Shown here piece by piece: positions 61,779 through 64,000 of a DNA stretch of 64,000 bases. The position numbers and the translations under genes are program-made. Source of the stretch: Epiperipatus broadwayi (lineage: Eukaryota; Animalia; Onychophora); assembly GCA_028023455.1 (NCBI GenBank), contig JAQFVV010000010.1:14012001-14076000 (forward strand), given 5' to 3'. The stretch's first letter is position 1; every line of letters starts with the position of its first letter. A model generated the notes under the pieces. That model had not been told where the DNA came from. It made no database searches and saw only the letters and a program-made list of their open reading frames with translations.

Positions 61779-62550
61779 GAGCTAATTTGCATTTTCCCAA
61801 CATATACTTAAAAGATGGTTTTCAAAAATTATTTATGCATTGGAAAATATTAGTCACAATAATTGCAATGAAGTAAGAACTTGTTGTAAAGGTGAAGAGT
61901 CTATATAAGAATATGATCGCCTTTTCTAACTAGTGTCAAGAACAACCACATTAACTGATTAATGCATAATAATGTGGGACTTTGCCTAGTAGTGAAAAAT
62001 AGTTTAGTTGGACATGAACCAACTACCTGAAAAAAAAAAAGGTATTTGAAATTTTTTTTAAAGTTGACCCAACCTGGAGTTAAAGGCAATGCAAATTATA
62101 TTAGTATTAATTTACAAAGTACATTAATTTTAGATCACCAGTCAAAATTAAATTACACATCTACTGCCAATGGTTTTCCTACCAAAGCAGACTTCTCATG
62201 TGTCATATAACACAACACAAAACATATTATTCTACTTTGCCATAATTATTTGTGGATTAATAGTGAATAAATAATGCAATTGAGTATAAAAGAATTTTAG
62301 ATTGAGAATGAAACATTAACATTAGAGCACTGAATTACAGGCTGATTTTCACTAGATCTGTAGTGGTGTTCATTGAAATATTTGAGTATTGGAAAGTGAT
62401 TATTTTAATGGCAATACAATGACACTGTTGCTGATGATGAACCACAGCTGCCAAAAAATACAAGTAAATCATAAATAATTTCACAAACTTCTTCTAACTT
62501 CTTTTCAAAAATAAACTATATGAACATATATATAATCATTATTATACATT

Positions 62551-62596
62551 TCCAACTTTTCAACTGTTTTTCCCCCATTACAGTCATTTTCAAGGA
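62551..62596 (-). ncRNA. Degenerate Penelope-type hammerhead ribozyme
   Basis: Sense UCC UUGAAAA U GACUG (loop) CAGUU GAAA AGUU GGA; reconstructs to CUGAAGA-U-GACUG..CAGUC-GAAACGUU with stem I UCC/GGA. Confidence 0.55.
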
Positions 62597-63354
62597 CCTA
62601 TAATAAAAAAATACATATCTCTACATAATACTCTAAATACAAATTTCTTTCATATATTAAACATTAACACATCAAATTCACAATAATAAAACATATTAAC
62701 TATACATCATTATATTTTACTTACATCTTCCTCACTTTTCTCCCTTTATTATAAAACTTCCTTTTTACATACTAAGTATAAATTTTCAAAAAAAATATTA
62801 GAAACCATCTAAAACACCAGTAAATAAAATACTATTTAAATCCATTTAACCCATCCCCAATTATAAATTTATTCCTCTTTTAACTATTTTATCTAACTTC
62901 CATATCAATTATCTACAATTCCTATCTATACTTTTAAATCTATTTAAAAACTAATGTAAATTATTTCTCTATCCTAACAGTTTACTCAAATACAGTTTAA
63001 ACATTCCATATTAATTACATTTTATTTTATATTCCTATCTAACATCATTAATCCTACTTAAAACAAGTTTATATCTTTTTATGTAAAAACATTCTTTTAT
63101 CATCTGTCTGAAGGTTTGTAGTGATGGTATATTATAAGATGTGATATGTTGGACTATTTCCATCATTTTTGAGTGTGTGTTGAATGTATAGAAAATTTTA
63201 AACTTTATTTAAACTTTCCAAATACAAACAATTGTCTATTTGTGTGTTATTACTAACAAGTTGTTTGTATTTGGAAAGTTTAAATAAAGTTTAAAATTTT
63301 CTATACATTCAACATACACTCATAAATGATGGAAATAGTTCAACATATCACATC

Positions 63355-63501
63355 TTATTCTTTTACCATCCTTTTTAACCTTTTCCAACATTCTAATATC
63401 AAAATTTTTATGTCCAAATTCTTTATAATATATATATATACATTGAAATTTCTATCATTTAAATGTTGTTTAAATCTTTTTAATCTATTTTTTGTTGTAC
63501 C
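63355..63501 (-). pseudogene. GIY-YIG endonuclease fragment (inverted copy)
   Basis: GTTKNRLKRFKQHLND, then in a shifted frame KEFGHKNFDIRMLEKV. Confidence 0.68.
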
Positions 63502-63520
63502 AGAAAATAATAAAAAAAAA

Positions 63521-63702
63521 AGATTAAAAACTAGATTTAAACAACATTTAAATGATATATACATTATAAAGAATTTGGACATAACAATTTTGGTATTAGA
63601 ATGTTGGAAACGGTTAAAAACTATAGAGAAAGGACGGTAAAAGAATATTTTTACACAAAAAGATATAAACGTGTTTCAAATAGGATTAATGGTGTTAGAT
63701 AG
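63521..63702 (+). pseudogene. GIY-YIG endonuclease C-terminal fragment with frameshift
   Basis: RLKTRFKQHLND / KEFGHNNFGIRMLETVKNYRERTVKEYFYTKRYKRVSNRINGVR*; has the R..QH, F.I..LE, E..Y and terminal N pattern of the GIY-YIG fold. Confidence 0.7.
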
Positions 63703-64000
63703 TAATGTAAAATAAAATGTAATTAATATGGAATGTTTAAATTGTATTTAAGTAAACTGTTAAAGGATAGAGAAATAATTTACATTAGTTTTTAAATAGA
63801 TTTAAAAGTATAGATAGGAATTGTAGATAATTGATATGGAAGTTGGATAAAATAGTTAAAGGAGGAATAAATTTATAATTGAGGGTGGATTAAATGGATT
63901 TAAATAGTATTTTGTTTACTGGTGTTTTAGATAGTTTCTAATATTTTTTTGAAAATTTATACTTCCTATGTAAAAAGGAAGTTTTATAATAAAGGGAGAA

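Larger units (their letters stand above)
62480..64000. mobile_element. Decayed Penelope-like element 3' region (GIY-YIG endonuclease, UTR, hammerhead) in nested inverted repeats, running off the window
   Basis: Outer arms 62738-63098 / 63638-64000; inner hairpins 63134-63231 / 63261-63358 and about 63353-63492 / 63519-63650; GIY-YIG-like peptide; degenerate hammerhead. Confidence 0.78.

Noticed and set aside
63700-64000. Extreme G-over-C skew as deaminase hypermutation
   Set aside because: The RTE sense strand here is also strongly G over C; without an unmutated consensus it cannot be separated from normal retroelement strand bias.

Overview
Very AT-rich, CpG-depleted eukaryotic DNA, most likely intronic or intergenic sequence of an invertebrate animal. 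I found no intact host protein-coding gene. The dominant signal is at least four related families (A-D, my labels) of non-coding retroelements, about 400-470 nt per monomer. Each monomer carries a minimal type I hammerhead ribozyme (CUGANGA...GAAA, self-complementary stem III). By eye I count 19 near-complete hammerhead motifs in 64 kb, many with a core mismatch. The elements occur as head-to-tail tandems, near-perfect head-to-head palindromes and 5'-inverted composites; several have 7-13 bp target-site duplications and none shows a poly(A) tail. This matches non-autonomous Penelope-like elements (PLEs) or metazoan retrozymes. A decayed GIY-YIG endonuclease 3' end, with its own hammerhead and folded into nested inverted repeats, lies at 62.5-64 kb and is a candidate relative of the mobilising partner. 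Also present: hAT MITEs with 8-bp TSDs (one resembling the SPIN/URR1 family, from memory), RTE and L1/Tx1 LINE remnants, a tRNA-Gly-derived short SINE in graded subfamilies, minisatellites, and a CpG-retaining, probably bidirectional promoter at about 43.1-45.3 kb. All coordinates, counts and alignments were done by hand.
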